DNA of 64,000 nucleotides from an uncultured Clostridia bacterium. Lineage in GTDB: Bacteria > Bacillota > Clostridia > Christensenellales > CAG-138. The first letter of the stretch is position 1, and every line of letters starts with the position of its first letter. Below the pieces are notes generated by a model that saw only the letters and a program-made list of their open reading frames with translations, made no database searches and was not told the origin of the DNA. Shown piece after piece: positions 29,457-38,893 of this stretch. The stretch is from the NCBI GenBank assembly GCA_946185305.1, contig CAMHJE010000003.1:10081-74080 (forward strand), in the 5' to 3' direction. The position numbers and the translations under genes were made by a program.

Positions 29457-30008
29457 ATGAAACGACAATTCCCGTTGCTTTTTCTCCTGTTGCTGCTGCT
29501 TCTGCCGGTGCAGACGCACGGCATGACCGCTGTGTACGACGACGTTTTGCGGCTGCATATCCGCGCCAACAGCGATTCCGCTGTCGATCAGGCCGTCAAG
29601 CTCCGCGTGCGCGACGCGCTTCGTCCGCTGTTTGCAGCCAAGGACAGCTATACCGACGCCCGCGCGTTTCTGCTTGCCAATGGCGCGCTGCTGCAAAGCA
29701 CCGCCGAAGCGGTGCTGCGGGAAAACGGCATGGACTACGGCGCGCAGCTGATCCTGGGCCGGGATACGTTTCCCGACCGGACGTATGACGGACAGACCTT
29801 TCCGGCGGGCACGTATGATGCGCTGATCGTCAGCCTCGGCCGCGGCGAGGGGCAGAACTGGTGGTGCGTGCTGTTCCCACCGCTGTGCATCGTCACGGAG
29901 AACGGCGAGCCGGTCGATCTGAAGGAGGTACGGCTCGAAAGCTCGATTTTGAAATGGTTCCGACAATGGCGGGCGGACAGAAGCAAGCCCTTGCCTGCCG
30001 AAGAATAA
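29457..30008 (+). CDS. spoIIR: Stage II sporulation protein R
   Basis: LRLHIRANSDS, KLRVRD, FPAGTYDAL, GQNWWCVLFPPLC. Confidence 0.95.
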   Translation: MKRQFPLLFLLLLLLLPVQTHGMTAVYDDVLRLHIRANSDSAVDQAVKLRVRDALRPLFAAKDSYTDARAFLLANGALLQSTAEAVLRENGMDYGAQLILGRDTFPDRTYDGQTFPAGTYDALIVSLGRGEGQNWWCVLFPPLCIVTENGEPVDLKEVRLESSILKWFRQWRADRSKPLPAEE

Positions 30009-30022
30009 AAGGAGGATGATTC

Positions 30023-30706
30023 ATGCAATCCATCAAAACACGGATCGCGCGGGGGCGGTTTTTGCTGCTCGCGCTGCTGCTGCTTTGCAGCGTCGCGCTG
30101 CCCGCCGCGGCGGATACGGTGCTGAAAAAAGGCTCCGGCGGCGAGGCCGTTGTGGCTCTGCAGCGCAAGCTGCGGCAATGGGGCTATTACAACGGCCCGG
30201 TAGACGGCATCTTCGGTTCGCAGACCGAGGCCGCCGTGCGCTACTTTCAACGGAAAAACGGCCTGTCCGCCGACGGCATTGTAGGCCCGCGAACCGCCGC
30301 CGCGCTCGGCCTGACGCTTTCCGACGACAGCGCCGCCGCCGTTTCCGGCACGCAGGACAAGGACGTGTATCTGCTGGCGCAATGTATCCACGGCGAAGCC
30401 CGCGGCGAGCCGTATAAAGGGCAGGTCGCCGTCGGCGCGGTGATTCTCAACCGCGTCCGTTCCAGTCAGTTTCCCAACTCGATCTCCGGCGTGATCTATC
30501 AAAAGGGCGCGTTTTCAGTTGTGTCCGACGGACAGATCCATATGGCGCCGAATGAGTCGGCGCTCAAGGCTGCGCGGGATGCGCTCAGCGGGTGGGATCC
30601 GACCGGCGGGTGTCTGTACTATTACAATCCGAAAAAGACAAGCAACGCGTGGATCCTGTCACGGCCGATCATGCTGACCATCGGCGACCATGTGTTCTGT
30701 AGGTAG
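30023..30706 (+). CDS. sleB: Spore cortex-lytic enzyme SleB
   Basis: PG-binding domain, HGEARGEPYKGQVAVGAVILNRV, GWDPTGG, IGDHVF. Confidence 0.95.
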   Translation: MQSIKTRIARGRFLLLALLLLCSVALPAAADTVLKKGSGGEAVVALQRKLRQWGYYNGPVDGIFGSQTEAAVRYFQRKNGLSADGIVGPRTAAALGLTLSDDSAAAVSGTQDKDVYLLAQCIHGEARGEPYKGQVAVGAVILNRVRSSQFPNSISGVIYQKGAFSVVSDGQIHMAPNESALKAARDALSGWDPTGGCLYYYNPKKTSNAWILSRPIMLTIGDHVFCR

Positions 30707-30713
30707 GTGTGCC

Positions 30714-32024
30714 ATGAGACGTTTTTTTCGTGGATTTGTTATTTTTTCTCTGCTGGCCGTGATTGCAGCGGGCGGGGTGCTGTACGGTGAAAAGTGCCGG
30801 GAGGCAGATCATTTACTGGACGAGCTCACGGCGCTGCGGCTGCAAAACGAGACGGACGCGGCAAGCGCGGCACGCTCGCTGTCGGATGCGCTCGGCGAGC
30901 TGCGAACGGGACTCCGAAAGCTCTCCGCTGCCGGAACACCGGACGCCACGGCACGGCTCTTTGCCGAGGTTCGTCGGTTGTCCGACCGAGCGGGCGGCGC
31001 GCTCGGCACTATGAACCTTTCGCACGTGGATGGCGCGGCGCTCGGTCAGTTTTTGACCCGCACCGGCGACTACGCGGACACGCTTTTGCGATCCGTGCAG
31101 GGCGGCACAATGCTTTCCGACACCGACACGGCACAGCTCGATGCGATCCATACACAGCTTGCGGCGGTGCAGAATGTGCTTGACGAGCGCATTTCGATCG
31201 GCGCGCTGCCGGATGAAGCCGTATCGCCGGACGGATACTATACGGCGTCCGAATCGGGCGGACTTCCGGCGTACCCGGCCATCGAGTACAGCGGCCTATA
31301 CGGCGAAGCGTGCGAAACGGCCGAGCCGCGCGGCTTGCCGGATCGCATCGTTTCGCAGGAGGAAGCGGATCGCCTTGTTCGTGCCGCATGGCCCGATACG
31401 GATTGGCAGTTTGCCGGACGACGCGAGGGTGCCATAGCGACCTTTGATTTTATCGGGCCGTTGGGCGAAAGTGCCTCCATCACCGAACGCGGCGGCAAGC
31501 GGATCGCCTGGATGACCGAGCCGTCGGGCCGACGCAGCGGAACACCTGCGCCGGAGGAACGCTCAGCGTTTGAGGAAACAGCAAAGGCGTATCTTGCTGA
31601 TGCCGGTTTCGGTGCCATGCAGCCGACGGTCATGCGACATTATACCGGAGCGGTTGTGCTGCGGCTTTGTGCCATGCAAGACGGCGTGCTGCTCCTGTCC
31701 GACAGCGTCGATGTCTGGCTCGACCGCGACACCGGGCGCGTGATCGGCTTCGATGCCCGTGCTTATTATCAAAACCATACGCTGCGCGAGCTGCCTGCGC
31801 CGACGCTGACGGCGGAGGAAGCAAAAACCGAGCTGTCACCCGCGCTCACGCCCGATACCGTTACGCTGTGCCTGCTGTGCCGCGGTACCGAGGAAACGCT
31901 GTGCTATGCGTGTCGCGCCGCAAAGGGCGAGCGCACCTATATCGTCTATCTCAATGCGCAGACAGGCGCCGAGGAGGAGATTCAAGAGCTCCAGACCTCC
32001 GAGGACGGCGAGGCGCTGCGCTGA
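30714..32024 (+). CDS. ypeB: Germination protein YpeB-like (PepSY)
   Basis: Follows sleB; QFLTRTGDYA, YPAIEYSG, GFDARAYYQNH, YLNAQTGAEE. Confidence 0.8.
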   Translation: MRRFFRGFVIFSLLAVIAAGGVLYGEKCREADHLLDELTALRLQNETDAASAARSLSDALGELRTGLRKLSAAGTPDATARLFAEVRRLSDRAGGALGTMNLSHVDGAALGQFLTRTGDYADTLLRSVQGGTMLSDTDTAQLDAIHTQLAAVQNVLDERISIGALPDEAVSPDGYYTASESGGLPAYPAIEYSGLYGEACETAEPRGLPDRIVSQEEADRLVRAAWPDTDWQFAGRREGAIATFDFIGPLGESASITERGGKRIAWMTEPSGRRSGTPAPEERSAFEETAKAYLADAGFGAMQPTVMRHYTGAVVLRLCAMQDGVLLLSDSVDVWLDRDTGRVIGFDARAYYQNHTLRELPAPTLTAEEAKTELSPALTPDTVTLCLLCRGTEETLCYACRAAKGERTYIVYLNAQTGAEEEIQELQTSEDGEALR

Positions 32025-32035
32025 ATACAAGCTGC

Positions 32036-32064
32036 AATCCCCGCGGACTTCCGCGGGGATTTTT
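32036..32064 (+). terminator. Intrinsic terminator
   Basis: AATCCCCGCGGA-ct-TCCGCGGGGATT-TTT. Confidence 0.8.
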
Positions 32065-32095
32065 GCGGCGAATTGCGGGAATATGCCGATAAAGG

Positions 32096-32124
32096 TTGAG
32101 TCTTTGGAAAAAACGTGTTAGAAT
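32096..32124 (+). promoter_or_regulatory. Sigma-A promoter
   Basis: TTGAGT-N17-TAGAAT with extended TG. Confidence 0.55.
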
Positions 32125-32306
32125 ATTACAAATCTGTGTTCCGAAGCAGGAACAGCGCAAGACGTTTTAGCCAAAGCTTTTGAGAACGATCCTGTTCTGG
32201 TTCGACGGGGCCGAGGACTGCCGCGCCGCATCGGCGCGCTATGTCACGCTTGCGATCCCGCTGCTGCTGTTCAAGCTGACAGCGGTGTATACGGTGTCCA
32301 TCAACA

Positions 32307-32384
32307 GCGGGGCTGAACGCGCATCTGTCCAAGCCGGTTGAGCCTGCGGCACTGTTTGAAACACTCGAAGAACTGCTTCGGTAA
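32307..32384 (+). pseudogene. Remnant C-terminus of a receiver domain (hybrid kinase type)
   Basis: AGLNAHLSKPVEPAALFETLEELLR*; no start, in-frame stop at 32277. Confidence 0.7.
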
Positions 32385-32462
32385 CGGGTCCGGTCGGCCG
32401 TAAATACAGAAAGGAACGGCGGCAGCAATGTCGCCGTTTTGCGAAGGGGGAAATGGGAACAA

Positions 32463-33569
32463 ATGCGTATAAAATGGAACAGACTTTGCGCGTGGCTGCT
32501 GTGCGTGCTGCTGCTCGCTCTTGCGCTGCACGCGCTTGCAGAGGAAACATACTATACCATCACGTTTGACGCGAACGGCGGTGCGACCAACACGTCCTCC
32601 ACAAAGGTCAAGGCGGGCAATGCCATCGGTCGCCTGCCATCAGCGGCGCGGAACGGCTATACGTTCGACGGCTGGTACACCAACCGCGAGGGCGGCACAA
32701 GGCTTACCAAAGAATGGAAACCGACCGAGAGCACCACGGTCTACGCGCATTGGACGGCACAGACCACACCTACACCCTCGCCAAGTCCAACCCCAACGCC
32801 GTCACCGACGCCTACACCGGATCCAACGCCAACACCTACGCCAACGCCAACACCTACGCCAACGCCAACACTGACGCCGACACCCACACCGACACCGACG
32901 CCAACAGCGACGCCGACGACTACACCGACGCCGACGCCAACAGCGACGCCGACGACTACACCGACACCGACGCTCACGCCCGCACCGACGCCTGCTCCAA
33001 CAGCAACGCCTACTCCGACACCTGCTCCGGCGCCAACCCCAACGCCGACCGCTGCCCCGACGGTGACGCCGACGGCAACGCCTCGTCCGGCGCAAACTGA
33101 AACCGGGAGGAGCCAAGCTGCCTCCTCGACCGTGACGCCCTCGCCGGCCGTGCGCCAAACAGCGGCAACGTCTCGGCCGACCGAAGCGCCTACCGCTGTC
33201 CCGACCGAGCTGTCGACGGAAATCCCGACCGAGCCGCCGACGGCAAGACCAACGGAGCTGCTAACCGAACCGCCGACAGAGGCGCTGTCTTCCGCACCGC
33301 CGCTTGCGACCGAGGACGAAGCGGCGGGCAAGCCGCCTTTCGAAGAAACGGAGTCGCCCGCCGAAAGCCCATCTACGTCGCAATTCGACAACGCAAAAGG
33401 CGTCACGCCGCAGCCCGACAGCACGGAAAGCCGGGAAAGGACGATGTCGACGGCACAGGAGCCCGCGGGAGAACGAACCCTCTTGCCGATCCTGCTGATC
33501 GCGGGCGGAGCGATGTTGGTTGGCTTCATATTTTTCGTGCTTTGGAAACGAAAAAAGAATAACGGATAA
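32463..33569 (+). CDS. Surface protein: InlB B-repeat (Flg_new) domain, P/T stalk, C-terminal TM anchor
   Basis: Signal peptide; [10 protein letters not shown]...GYTFDGWYT...YAHW; TM plus KRKK. Confidence 0.85.
   Translation: MRIKWNRLCAWLLCVLLLALALHALAEETYYTITFDANGGATNTSSTKVKAGNAIGRLPSAARNGYTFDGWYTNREGGTRLTKEWKPTESTTVYAHWTAQTTPTPSPSPTPTPSPTPTPDPTPTPTPTPTPTPTPTLTPTPTPTPTPTATPTTTPTPTPTATPTTTPTPTLTPAPTPAPTATPTPTPAPAPTPTPTAAPTVTPTATPRPAQTETGRSQAASSTVTPSPAVRQTAATSRPTEAPTAVPTELSTEIPTEPPTARPTELLTEPPTEALSSAPPLATEDEAAGKPPFEETESPAESPSTSQFDNAKGVTPQPDSTESRERTMSTAQEPAGERTLLPILLIAGGAMLVGFIFFVLWKRKKNNG
32765..33085 (+). repeat. Pro-Thr coding tandem repeats
   Basis: Repeated ACGCCAACACCT and GACGCCAACAGCGACGCCGACGACTACACC units. 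Confidence 0.8.
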
Positions 33570-33572
33570 AAA

Positions 33573-33601
33573 CAAGCCGGAACGAACTTCGTTCCGGCTT
33601 G
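33573..33601. terminator. Bidirectional terminator
   Basis: CAAGCCGGAACGAA-c-TTCGTTCCGGCTTG perfect hairpin between convergent genes. Confidence 0.8.
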
Positions 33602-33617
33602 CTGTTCTATGCAGTTG

Positions 33618-35501
33618 TCAATCCCAGATCCGGTAAGCCATCAGGAAGTGCTGCTTCCAATAGGAGCCGGAGAGGACGGAGGAGGTGATGCGAACCTCGC
33701 CCGCGCCGTGGGCGGCGTCGATCATCTTGCCGTTGCCGAGGTAGATACCGACGTGGCCGGTGGAGGAGGACGAGCCCTTGAACACCATTACGTCGCCGCG
33801 CTTGAAGTCGCCCCAAGAGGTGATGCGCTTGTACTTCGAGCAGGTGCGCCACATGATGCTCGTCATATAGCTCTGCTTCACGCCCGCCTGGTTCAGGCAC
33901 CAGTAGACGAAGCCGGAACAGTCAAACTTGTTCGGCCCCTTTGCGCCGGACACATACGGACAGCCGAGCTTGCTTTCCGCAATCGAAATGAATTTTTCCA
34001 CCTTGGTCTTGGCGGTCGAAACCTTCGGCGTTGCCGTGACCTTCGGTGTGGCCGTGGCCTTGCTGCCCTTGGGAGTCGCGGTCGCCTTGCTGCCGGGCTT
34101 CGGCGTGACCTTCGGTGTGGCCGTCGGCTTCTTGGTGACCTTGGGCGTCGGGGTAGAGGGCGCGCGCTTCGCGCTTGTATCGTTCAGCTTGGCAAGCGTC
34201 TTGGAGCCGATGGCGCCGTCTACGCTCAGATTGTTCCGCTTCTGGAACAAACGCACCGCGTCCTCGGTGATATCGTCAAAGTAGCCGGTGACCTCCGAGC
34301 TGGACAGATAACCGAGCTTGCGCAAAAGCCGCTGCGCATCCTTGACCTTGCTGCCGCTCATGCCGAGCCGCAGCGCGTACTTTAGGGCGTCCTCGGAGTG
34401 CAGCACCGCAATCGTCGCCGGGCCTAAGACGCCGTCCTTGACAAGGCCGTTCGCTTCCTGGAACGATTTGATCGCGGAGACGGTTTTGCTGTCCATCTTG
34501 CCGGACACCTTATAGTCGCTCGACAGGTAGCCGAGCTCCTGCAGGCGTTCCTGATACCCCTTGATCGCTTCGTCGCTGTCGCCGCTCTTGAACACGTTGC
34601 CGACGACGTTTTCCGCGTACAGGGCTTCGCTTGTCACGATCCCGACAAGGCCGTCCGCGCTGAGCTTGTTCGCCGTCTGGAACGCGATGACCGCCGTTTC
34701 GGTGCGGTCGCCGAAGTTGCCGGTGATATCCGATTTTTCGATATAGCCGAGCTCATACAAACGCTCCTGCACGGCCTCGACCGCGTCGCCGCTGTCGCCG
34801 TTCTGCATGACGTATTCCACGGCGCTGTCGGAGAACAGCAGCGCATACAGCGATTCATCCAGAACGCCGGTCGGCGTAAGACCGTTGCGCGATTCAAACA
34901 GCTTCAATGCGCTCTCCGTGACAGGCCCGAAGTATTCGGTCGGTTCGTCGGAGTCGATATAGTTCAGATCCATCAGCCGCTGCTGCACGACGGCAATCGT
35001 TTCGTCCTTATCGCCGCGCTTAAAGACCGCGCCGCCGAGGTAGGTATCCTCGGGATCAATGGTCGGCGCAGGCGTTTCGAGCGGCTGCGGCGTGGTCGGG
35101 ACGGCCGTATCCATCACCGCGACCGGCTCCGTGCCGCGCTCGGCCGGATGGCAGACGCAGGCGAACACGCGCGCGCCGAGCGCAATCGTCAGCACCAGCC
35201 CCGCGAGCATCACGATGCACATGACCGCGAGCACCAGAAACAGCAGCGGACGCGAAACCCGCTGCTTCGTCGCCGCCTCGCCGTCGGTACGGCGCGAAAG
35301 GACGTTGAGCTGCTTTTGCAAAAAGCCCTCGACGGCACGGATCCCGCGCGAAACGGTCGGCGGGATCGCGCGCAAAAACGCGCCGCCCTTTTCTTTTGTC
35401 CACGCAAGCGCCGTTTTCAGCCACGGCAGCGCCTTATCCCGCCAAAAGCCGGACAGCGCCGTACCGATGCGCGAAAGCGCCTGCAGAATCTTTTCCTTCA
35501 T
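33618..35501 (-). CDS. Membrane-anchored peptidoglycan endopeptidase (four PG_binding_1 repeats plus NlpC/P60)
   Basis: VQQRLMDLNY-type repeats; FDCSGFVYW, GHVGIYLG. Confidence 0.9.
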   Translation of the reverse strand: MKEKILQALSRIGTALSGFWRDKALPWLKTALAWTKEKGGAFLRAIPPTVSRGIRAVEGFLQKQLNVLSRRTDGEAATKQRVSRPLLFLVLAVMCIVMLAGLVLTIALGARVFACVCHPAERGTEPVAVMDTAVPTTPQPLETPAPTIDPEDTYLGGAVFKRGDKDETIAVVQQRLMDLNYIDSDEPTEYFGPVTESALKLFESRNGLTPTGVLDESLYALLFSDSAVEYVMQNGDSGDAVEAVQERLYELGYIEKSDITGNFGDRTETAVIAFQTANKLSADGLVGIVTSEALYAENVVGNVFKSGDSDEAIKGYQERLQELGYLSSDYKVSGKMDSKTVSAIKSFQEANGLVKDGVLGPATIAVLHSEDALKYALRLGMSGSKVKDAQRLLRKLGYLSSSEVTGYFDDITEDAVRLFQKRNNLSVDGAIGSKTLAKLNDTSAKRAPSTPTPKVTKKPTATPKVTPKPGSKATATPKGSKATATPKVTATPKVSTAKTKVEKFISIAESKLGCPYVSGAKGPNKFDCSGFVYWCLNQAGVKQSYMTSIMWRTCSKYKRITSWGDFKRGDVMVFKGSSSSTGHVGIYLGNGKMIDAAHGAGEVRITSSVLSGSYWKQHFLMAYRIWD

Positions 35502-35668
35502 GTGATAAACTCCTTTGCGGCGCATATGCGCCGTGCTGCCGCCCCGATTTCCCCCTTCGGCTGCCTTCCATTATACGAAAGAAATGTAAACTCCGTTCGG
35601 AATTGCTGTGAACAATTCTGCCAATCCTTGCCGCTTTTCGCACGGATTGCCGGATTTTTCCGGCTCGC

Positions 35669-36631
35669 TTACCGCGCCGGATAGATCGACAGCGCCGCCG
35701 AGAGCTCGTCCCGCATCTGCCTCTGCCGCGCTTCGGGCGCTAAAAGCGTGACCTGCGAAAGATGATTCAGCAAGAACCGCCGTACCGACGACCAAGGGGC
35801 GCGCACCTCGGCGCGAATATTGTCCCCCTCCGGGAACAGCCGTACCGACACGCCGAACGCGTCGATCAGCGCGTCCACAAGCAGACCCGCGCACAGCAGC
35901 GTATACGGCTCCGGGCCGTCCTGCCGGTAGATCGCGCGGTTCACGTAGCCGACCACGTCGAGCCCGTTTTTACACTCAGGCAGGTCGTGCCAGTCGCGGA
36001 TCGGGGCGTCTAAAATCACGATATTCCGCATATAGTCACAGCGAAAATGCAGCAGCCGACCATACCCTGTGACCGACGCCAGCACATAATACCGCTCGTC
36101 CGCAAGGAACAGCGCATACGGCGAGATCGCATACGTCGCATCCGGCGCGGCGGTCATCACGTCCTCGGCCTGCGCGGTGTGATACAGAAACTGCACCTGC
36201 TTCCCCTCGGCGATCGCGTCTTTCAGCGTTTCGAGCGCGGCAAACACCTCGGCCCGCAGCGCGCGCGGCGTTTCGGGGATCGCATGGATCGGCACGTCCG
36301 GCTGCATAAGACGGATGCGCTTTTGTCCCTCCTCGGTGATCGGCGCGCGCAGCAGCGCGTCATACAGCACCGGATCGAACGAGGTCGAATCCGCCGCCTT
36401 GGTCAGATAATAGCCCTTGCCGTTGTCGTGATAGGTGGACAGACCGAACCCCATCTCGGCCAGCAGGATCAGGTTGCGCCCGACGGCCTTGCGCTCCGCG
36501 ATCATCCCGAAGTCGTCCTTCAGGTAGTCGATAATGCGGCGCGTAGAGAGCGGATCACGCTCGGACGCGTGCTGCTCCAGTACCCGCAGAATGCAGAGCG
36601 ATAATGCTTTTTTCCCCTTTGTTTCCGTCAT
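35669..36631 (-). CDS. WYL-domain transcriptional regulator
   Basis: N-terminal wHTH (ERKAVGRNL), SPYALFLADERYYVL, FRCDYM. Confidence 0.85.
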   Translation of the reverse strand: MTETKGKKALSLCILRVLEQHASERDPLSTRRIIDYLKDDFGMIAERKAVGRNLILLAEMGFGLSTYHDNGKGYYLTKAADSTSFDPVLYDALLRAPITEEGQKRIRLMQPDVPIHAIPETPRALRAEVFAALETLKDAIAEGKQVQFLYHTAQAEDVMTAAPDATYAISPYALFLADERYYVLASVTGYGRLLHFRCDYMRNIVILDAPIRDWHDLPECKNGLDVVGYVNRAIYRQDGPEPYTLLCAGLLVDALIDAFGVSVRLFPEGDNIRAEVRAPWSSVRRFLLNHLSQVTLLAPEARQRQMRDELSAALSIYPAR

Positions 36632-36645
36632 AAGCCCCTCGCCGG

Positions 36646-37683
36646 TCAGTCCTCGTAATAGTCTCCGCGCCGATAGTCGTACAAAACCCCCTCGTACTTC
36701 TTCGGCTCCTCCAGTACCTTGCCGCACCCGATTGCCACACACGCCACCGGGTCTTCCGCGACGAAGCACGGTACGCCGGTCTGCTCGGCAATGTATTGAT
36801 CGAGCCCGTACAGCTGCGCCCCGCCGCCGGTCAGGCAGATGCCGCGGGTCGCAATGTCGCCCGCCAGCTCGGGCGGGGTTTGTTCAAACGTGTCCTTGAG
36901 CGCCTCGGTGATGTTGTGCAGCGGCTCTGAAAGCGCGTAGGTCAGCTCGTTCGAGCCGAGCTCCAGCGCCACGGGCAGGCCGCCGCCCAAGGAACGGCCA
37001 CGCACATCCATTTTCAGCTCATCCTTGCGCGGATAGGCCGAGGCGTACTGGATCTTCAGCGCCTCCGCCGCGTTCTGGCCGATCACAACGCCGTGCTGCC
37101 GCTTCATATAGCGGACGATGGCCGCGTCGAACGCGTCGCCGCCGATGCGGAGCGAATCGTGGATCACCGCCTTGCCCATCGAAGTTACGACCATATCGCA
37201 GGTGCCGGCGCCGATGTCCACGACGATATTGCCCTTCGGCTCGGTGATGTCGATGCCCGCGCCGATGGCTGCCGCCACGGGCTCCTCGACCAGAAACGTA
37301 TACCGCGCGCCCGCGCCCTCGGTCGTTTCAATGACAGCGCGCTTTTCCACCTCGGTCGCCATCGACGGGACGGCGACGACGGCGCGCGGCTTGAAGAACA
37401 GACGGCTGCCGACGATGCGGTTGAAAAACAGCGTGAGCATGCGCTCGGTCGCGTCGAAGTTGGCAATCACGCCGTCCTGCATCGGACGAATCAGCATCAG
37501 ATTGTCCGGCGCGCGGCCGACCATGTCCTTTGCCTCCTGCCCGATGGCAACCAGCTTGCCCGTGCCGCGCTCAATGGCCGCAAAGCACGGCTCGCGCAGA
37601 ACGATGCCCTTGCCGCGAATGTACGCAAGGATATTGCTGGTGCCGAGGTCAAGTCCGATATCGGGGGAGTGAAAAAGTCCCAT
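36646..37683 (-). CDS. mreB: Rod shape-determining protein, MreB/Mbl family
   Basis: DLGTSN, PMQDGVIA, EEPVAAAIGAG, DIGAGT, TGGGA. Confidence 0.9.
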   Translation of the reverse strand: MGLFHSPDIGLDLGTSNILAYIRGKGIVLREPCFAAIERGTGKLVAIGQEAKDMVGRAPDNLMLIRPMQDGVIANFDATERMLTLFFNRIVGSRLFFKPRAVVAVPSMATEVEKRAVIETTEGAGARYTFLVEEPVAAAIGAGIDITEPKGNIVVDIGAGTCDMVVTSMGKAVIHDSLRIGGDAFDAAIVRYMKRQHGVVIGQNAAEALKIQYASAYPRKDELKMDVRGRSLGGGLPVALELGSNELTYALSEPLHNITEALKDTFEQTPPELAGDIATRGICLTGGGAQLYGLDQYIAEQTGVPCFVAEDPVACVAIGCGKVLEEPKKYEGVLYDYRRGDYYED

Positions 37684-37790
37684 GGAGAAACAATCCTTTC
37701 CAAGACGGGTAGAAACCGCCATGTTTTACGTGTACCATAATTGTACCATCTCGGGCTGCTGTTTGTTTGAAGGTTTTATGAACAATCATA

Positions 37791-37819
37791 TTGCGAAATG
37801 TGAATTTTGCCGCTATACT
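37791..37819 (+). promoter_or_regulatory. Sigma-A promoter abutting yihA start
   Basis: TTGCGA-N17-TATACT; ATG follows after 6 nt. Confidence 0.65.
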
Positions 37820-37825
37820 GGTGGT

Positions 37826-38464
37826 ATGGAACAGGAATACAGAATCAAACAGGCCGAATTTGTCACAAGCGTCGCTTTGGGACAACGCTATCCGGACGCG
37901 TTTCCGATGGAGATTGCGATTGTCGGCAAGAGCAACGTGGGCAAATCGAGCCTCATCAACTGTCTGACCGGCAACGGCAAGCTCGCGCGAACCTCGTCGC
38001 AGCCCGGCAAAACGAGGCTTATCAACTTCTTTTCGATCAACCGCGGGCAGTTTTATCTTGTCGATCTGCCCGGCTACGGCTATGCCAAGGCGTCCAAGGC
38101 CGAGCAGGAAAAATGGGGCGAGCTGATGGAGGGATATCTGAAATCCGGCAGGGTGAATCACCTGCTGATGCTGATTGATATTCGCCACGCGCCGACCGCG
38201 CTCGACCGGCAGATGTTTCAATATCTGGTGTACTACAATATCCCCTATACGCTGATCGCAACCAAGGCCGACAAGCTCACCAGATCGCAGCGCCGCATGA
38301 TGGCGAACGCAAATGCCAAGGCGCTCGGCGCGCCGCCGTATGCGATCCCGTTTTCGAGCGAGACGGGCGAGGGGAAGGAGGAGCTGTTAAAACGGCTCGG
38401 GCAGCTGGTTTCGGACGCCGAAGCGGGTCTTTTTGAAGAAAAGGAAGAAAAACCTGTAAATTAG
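37826..38464 (+). CDS. yihA: Ribosome biogenesis GTPase YihA/YsxC (EngB)
   Basis: GKSNVGKSS, PGKT, DLPGYG, TKADK. Confidence 0.95.
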   Translation: MEQEYRIKQAEFVTSVALGQRYPDAFPMEIAIVGKSNVGKSSLINCLTGNGKLARTSSQPGKTRLINFFSINRGQFYLVDLPGYGYAKASKAEQEKWGELMEGYLKSGRVNHLLMLIDIRHAPTALDRQMFQYLVYYNIPYTLIATKADKLTRSQRRMMANANAKALGAPPYAIPFSSETGEGKEELLKRLGQLVSDAEAGLFEEKEEKPVN

Positions 38465-38533
38465 GGCTTGACAGATGGCCATGTTCTTTGCATACTATGT
38501 CGTGATGAAACAACGGAACAAAAGAGGTATGCT

Positions 38534-38842
38534 ATGGCTTTACGGAAATGCCCGAAGTGTGAATTGAACTATCTGCGCGGCAACGAAACGATCTGCCGCG
38601 TTTGCGCCGCCGAAATGGATAAGAAGCGGAAAAAGATCGTCGAGACGGAGGACGAGGTGATCATGTGCTCCGAGTGCGGCGAGCGCCCCGCGGTGCGCGG
38701 CAAGTCGCTGTGCGAGGAGTGCCTGCGCGAGCAGAAGCGGCAGGCCGATCTGGAGCTGTATGCCGATAAGGTCCGCGCCGACGAAGCCGACGATCCCATC
38801 GAGGAGGATTTCTCCGACGAGGACGACGATTCCGACGAGTAA
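38534..38842 (+). CDS. Small double zinc-ribbon protein with acidic tail
   Basis: CPKC/CRVC and CSEC/CEEC; TTGACA-N17-CATACT promoter 38468-38496; GAGG RBS. Confidence 0.8.
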   Translation: MALRKCPKCELNYLRGNETICRVCAAEMDKKRKKIVETEDEVIMCSECGERPAVRGKSLCEECLREQKRQADLELYADKVRADEADDPIEEDFSDEDDDSDE

Positions 38843-38893
38843 GCGGCAATAGAGCCGGGATCTCCCGGCAACGTACAGAAAGCGAGAAAACCT

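Noticed and set aside
32131-32400. Riboswitch or tmRNA-like RNA (GGTTCGACGGGG, terminal 9-bp pairing)
   Set aside because: No full family consensus; the 3' part translates as a recognisable receiver-domain tail.
32765-33085. CRISPR-like or mobile repeat
   Set aside because: Codon-phased Pro/Thr repeats with no unique spacers and no cas genes.
33580-33594. LexA box
   Set aside because: GAAC-N7-GTTC has wrong spacing and lies within a terminator.
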